From: Takakia lepidozioides
Lineage: Eukaryota > Plantae > Bryophyta
Direction of reading: 5' to 3'
Assembly (NCBI GenBank): GCA_030704615.1
Contig: CM060733.1
Span: forward strand, 63,240,001-63,304,000
DNA: 64,000 nucleotides
This document shows positions 59,701 to 64,000 of this stretch, in pieces (the first letter of the stretch is position 1; each line of letters begins with the position of its first letter). A program made the translations under genes and the position numbers. The notes beneath the pieces are model-generated. The model searched no databases. It was given only the letters and a program-made list of their open reading frames with translations, and had not been told where the DNA came from.

Positions 59701-62700
59701 CAGAAGATGACAAGAGATCAAAACTTGCGTGCTTACCGGGTTGAACAGTTCATCAGCCACCCCAAGCTCAAGCAGAACAGTGGATAGAAAGCCACTGAAG
59801 TAGTGCAGCACCACTGTCCCCAGACCCACCTGCCACAATAGCCCCACAACCAACAGCTGTGAGGCCTAGGTGACCATTCGCTAATATTCCTTCATGATGA
59901 CCTCGCAATAAAGGAACTTTCCAAGACAAACTACACTGTTGTCCATTAAACAAGTTCAGGGCATACACAATTGATCACAACAAGAACAAGGGAAGATCAA
60001 TCCTGCAGAACACCCAGCGAGCTAGATGATGAAGAGTGTTCTCACCATAGAGCCATAAAGGATAATGTACAATGAGCTCTTGCGCCCGGTCGGCAGCAGC
60101 TTCATACCCTGTAAACCTTCCAAGAGGCTCACCCATCAACATAGTAATAAGCCAACAAGTGAGTGCACTACCTTCACTCACTCATTGAACTACAAACAAA
60201 TTTAGCATATGGCAGACGGCCACAGGATTTATAGATCTAAATTCCTATAAAGACATGAATATATGGCCACAGGACTGAAAGATTTGCAATCCCACAAAAA
60301 GAGATGAATTTTCTGATAACTTGCTGATAATTTCCACCAGTACGTATGAGGTGGGACGGACCTGATAGAGGAGGATGAGAAGAACCAAGAAGATCCCCAG
60401 AGTCATGGCACTGCTGTAATAGAATGGCACCCAACCACTCACTATGGGAGCAATCACCAACAATGCCATCCCCAATGCCAGAAACACCAATCGATATGCC
60501 CGTCTCTCTGCGCCAAACAGAACCAAATGAAATCAATAAGAATCACCTTGACCTTCAGAGAAAAATACGTTACCCAGGAAGAGGGCAAGTAGGAAACTCA
60601 GCAAAAGAGAGAGAGGGGACAGAACAAACATTCGAGTGGAAGAGAAATGAGCAAAAACAGACAAGATGATGAGTACCTTCATGAATAGAGACATTAAGCG
60701 ATACATCTGTATGTGACTCTGTAGTTCGAATGTCGAGATACTGGGTTTGGAAAGGCGACATTGTTCCAGTCCACGAACCCTTGTCCAGGACACGCCAGCT
60801 ATCTTTCAGACACTGGCCCAAACCAAGTGACGAATTCCTGGAAAGCACAAGCAGACATATACAACAAGTGATAAAGGGAACATCAGCTCAGAGAGATACA
60901 GCTGCCAAGATTACTTTTTAAGAACAGGACACCAATTGTTTGTCCTCTGCTACCAGCAAAGTACTCCCAACATCTTCTCCACCCAACAAGGTGCAAAACA
61001 CTATTTGCACCAGGACTGTCAAGACTCTCTTCCTCTGATCATGGAGCTGAGATGGTGGCGGCAGAGAAAGGGTTTAGGATAAGATTTGTAATCAATTTGC
61101 CACCGAATCCAGTAGAGTCTGTTAAGACACCTGGCTTCATTACTGCAAGATGTCATCACACCAAAAACTGGAAAGCCCCAGGGAGTACTGCAGAATCCAC
61201 ATATATCCTCATAGCCCGGGACTTGTACGTCAGCTTGTTTGCAGCTACAAGGCACAACCAAGCTCAATATATTCCAAAGAGGTCTCAACTTATACTGTGT
61301 GCTAATATGGGGAAAGGACCGATTTATTGAAAGCTTTCATAAGCCAAGAGATCAAATTTCTTGATTGAGCTGAAAAGCAATGAACAAAAAAACTCACCAG
61401 TGAAAGCACACCTCCACTTTTGGGAGAGAAAGCTTGAAGGAAGGGGTGGCTGAAGCATCAACCTTCACGCGTGTGGTATGGGTGAATTTTTGAAGATTCT
61501 TGAGTCGGGAGAGGCCTGGAATTCGAACACGGGTGCATGCCACAAGATCGCCAGGTTTTACCCCGGGTGAACTTTCCACAAATCCGTCAACAGAGATGGG
61601 TTGCACTGTGATTGGAGCACCCACTTCCACGTCTGCCAAGACAGAAAGAAAAAACCTGAAATTGGAGTTTGAACCAGCATAAGATGCCACAAAGTTTACC
61701 CATTCTTGTCTGTCTGAAGCCAGACAGCACAAGCATCAGAGAAAGGGGAGATCCCTGTTACTTCTCTTCCTCAATATCGGCAACCCTATTTACATTTGGC
61801 TGAATAAATTCATTTGTTGGTGCACACCCGTGCAGAAATCCCCTGATGCATCCAATTTGTATTTACAAATTCACGCTGAAAGGGACCACCAGGATAACAT
61901 ATTGGAAAATATAAAATGGCGTATAAGAAAGTGCTCTAATTGCAATAACAGGTTACAAAGCAAATGCCTAACTAAAAGAACCCTAAAATCTGTTCCCGTA
62001 GCTGTGTAAGATAGACTCCTACAGGGAAATCAGAGGGAGGAGAGAGTACAAATTAAGTCCAATCCGGCCCACAGTTCATCTAGGATTCCTCATCGTTCGT
62101 TAGTCTAGATATCTTAGAGATGTCATTGTGTTGAAGGATTCATACACATGTACAAAAATATTGTTCAACACTGAACCCTTCCTCCCACCCCGATGCTTTT
62201 CTTGGGGCCACCAACATTATCTCTAGATGTTAAAAAACACATACAATAGTTTTTCAATTGCAAGATCAAATTTTGACGTTTCGAGCTGCGAACACTAGTT
62301 CGCCAATTTTGTAATAAATGATTGGATGGTGTCGCGAAGTCGACTCTGCCAATTCCCTGAGACTCCTAGCCCAGAATGAAGGTGGAGAGGTTTAATGCAG
62401 AATTGCAGGATGTGCATGGCTACATTGACTATGGTAAATGCGTCGACATGATCCAGTGCGATCATTGAAAAGGCCGATTTGACTTCTAAGACAAGAACTA
62501 GAAAAATGAAACAATCCAAAACCCTTTGGCAAACCAAGGTTGAAAGCCTTCACCCCTCGCTCAAGTCTCTCCCCCCTCAAATTTCCCAAATGCTTCTTCA
62601 TCTTGACTGCAATTGCGCTTCATCGTGAGAAGGAGACATAATCATAGAAAGAGGAGTATCGTACACGTCCTCAAACCCTAACAAAACCCATCAAGATGCC

Positions 62701-62834
62701 GTCCAAGAGAAGGCAGCAGTACCTTGCAAACCATTGGGCGTGCCTCCATGCAAACACAACGCGGGGCAGGCCACACAAACCAGAAGAACCAGAGACAGAA
62801 AGAACAAGGTGTAGGGCGCGGGCATGGCCCTCAT
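56775..62834 (-). CDS. NEMP-family (DUF2215) nuclear envelope integral membrane protein, PNET2-like
   Basis: Signal-peptide exon 62834-62723, then exons 61632-61398, 60837-60677, 60507-60362 (WVPFYYSSAM..GIFLVLLILLYQ), 60108-60046 (GMKLLPTGRKS), 59829-59737, 59623-59462 and 59118-58994, further exons at ~58.4-57.8 kb, and 57448-57138 (FYSTYHKT...AIAELV...F.EW). The last exon and stop are uncertain (57126 or 56775). Confidence 0.92.
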
Positions 62835-64000
62835 GGTATCATGGAGATGACGATGGGTGAAGGGATCCAACTAAAAACCAAAACCTGCTTTCTCTCAAAA
62901 AGATAACTACAGAAACTACGAGGATCCCAAACGCAACTATACAAGAAATAGCAGAATCTTCGGAAATATGACCAAACCAACCACAGCAGAATGGGTTGCG
63001 GCGATCCCAACGACACTACAAAACCTGGTCTTTTCTTCAAACAGATAACTACGAGGACCACGATTTTCACAAATGGAACTACCGACGGGGAAGGATATTA
63101 GAAGGAGTGGCAAGGAAAGCACTGCGGGATTGTGTATCGCGCGACATTCTGGGAGGCTCGCTCGTCTCTCTCTATTCCTCGAATAAGAGCGCGCCTTCTC
63201 CAACTCAAAAAAGCTCTTAGAGTGACCGGCTGATACCGGTCACAGGTCACTATATCATGGATGTCATATCGAATGTACAGTATATCTTACGATTTGGTAT
63301 GTAATGCATATCATACATCACATATCTCGTACGATCTATGATGCATGCATATTATGTCAAATTTGAACATTTCATTTTTTTCTGATATTTTATTCTGTGA
63401 GGGGAAAAAAAATAAACCCCTGTGGGGCCATAAGGCAAACACGGAGAGAAAACCATCCAAGAGGATGAGGCGGAATGCTACGACTATGAACAACAGCTAG
63501 GAGAGGGCCATGAGCGAATCTAGAGCTCACGAGATGCGAGCTCCAAAATGAGGGCAAGGGTATGCCGACTAGCCCTTACAGTTTCCTACCACTGCGATCA
63601 ATGAGAAGAGCATCCTATAAGTGAACGAGCAGTTAGAACATGGAAGCCAGGATCAGCCTGAGAGAAGAAAGCAATGGAAAGAACAGTTTTGAGCAATCCA
63701 CTTCAAACAAGGATTGGAGCCTGAGAGAGAGAAAAATAAAGAGAACACTAGAGTGAAGCGAACTTGGAGACAGAGAAAAGGGAGAATGGAACAGCAGCTG
63801 GCGTTGGAAATCACTACTTGCCGAAGCTAAGCCGAGTCGAGTTTCTGCCATCGATGTGTTTCCAATTAATTTCCCTGTCGAACTCCAGTGAGTCATGGTA
63901 GTGCAGTGATTGCCCCTTGCCAGGAGTCTGGTGGGCTTCTGGCCCAGAGACAAATTGCCGACGAAGAGCAGCTGCATATGATGTTGTCTTTCCCCCAAGA

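Overview
Land-plant nuclear DNA with spliceosomal introns, PLS-class PPR fragments and plant GT34 and NEMP genes; a bryophyte or other non-seed plant is likely, but that is inference. About 70% of the window is a nest of DNA transposons. Only two host genes look intact: a GT34 glycosyltransferase (37.1-40.1 kb, +) and a NEMP/PNET2-like nuclear-envelope protein (56.8-62.8 kb, -). The main observation is a family of Mutator-like elements (MULE-A 2236-15686; MULE-B 16544-27647, 9-bp TSD). Each carries a GCM-like/DDE/SWIM transposase and, head-to-head with it, a multi-exon accessory gene. That gene fuses a ParB/Sulfiredoxin-type domain (FFVWDGNHR) to a beta-class N4-cytosine/N6-adenine DNA-methyltransferase-like domain (DIPDG ... 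KSPAF ... RVVD-x4-TG). Two more copies of the gene lie at 42.6-49.6 kb and 50.9-52.2 kb. Each of the four copies is accompanied by its own 16-30-bp palindrome. The palindromes lie essentially only in non-coding DNA, always occur in the same orthologous intron, and have cores (GGCGCC versus CGTYRACG) that track the two protein subgroups. In MULE-A the sites are spaced at near-integral helical turns. I interpret this as a candidate transposon-encoded ParB/parS-like, sequence-specific self-marking or anti-silencing system, which is a hypothesis and not tested. The MULEs appear to sit inside an older CACTA element whose 3' part carries captured RPS3a and PPR fragments. All TE genes here have frameshifts or stops. 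Domain calls are by-eye motif recognition, and coordinates of degenerate genes are approximate.
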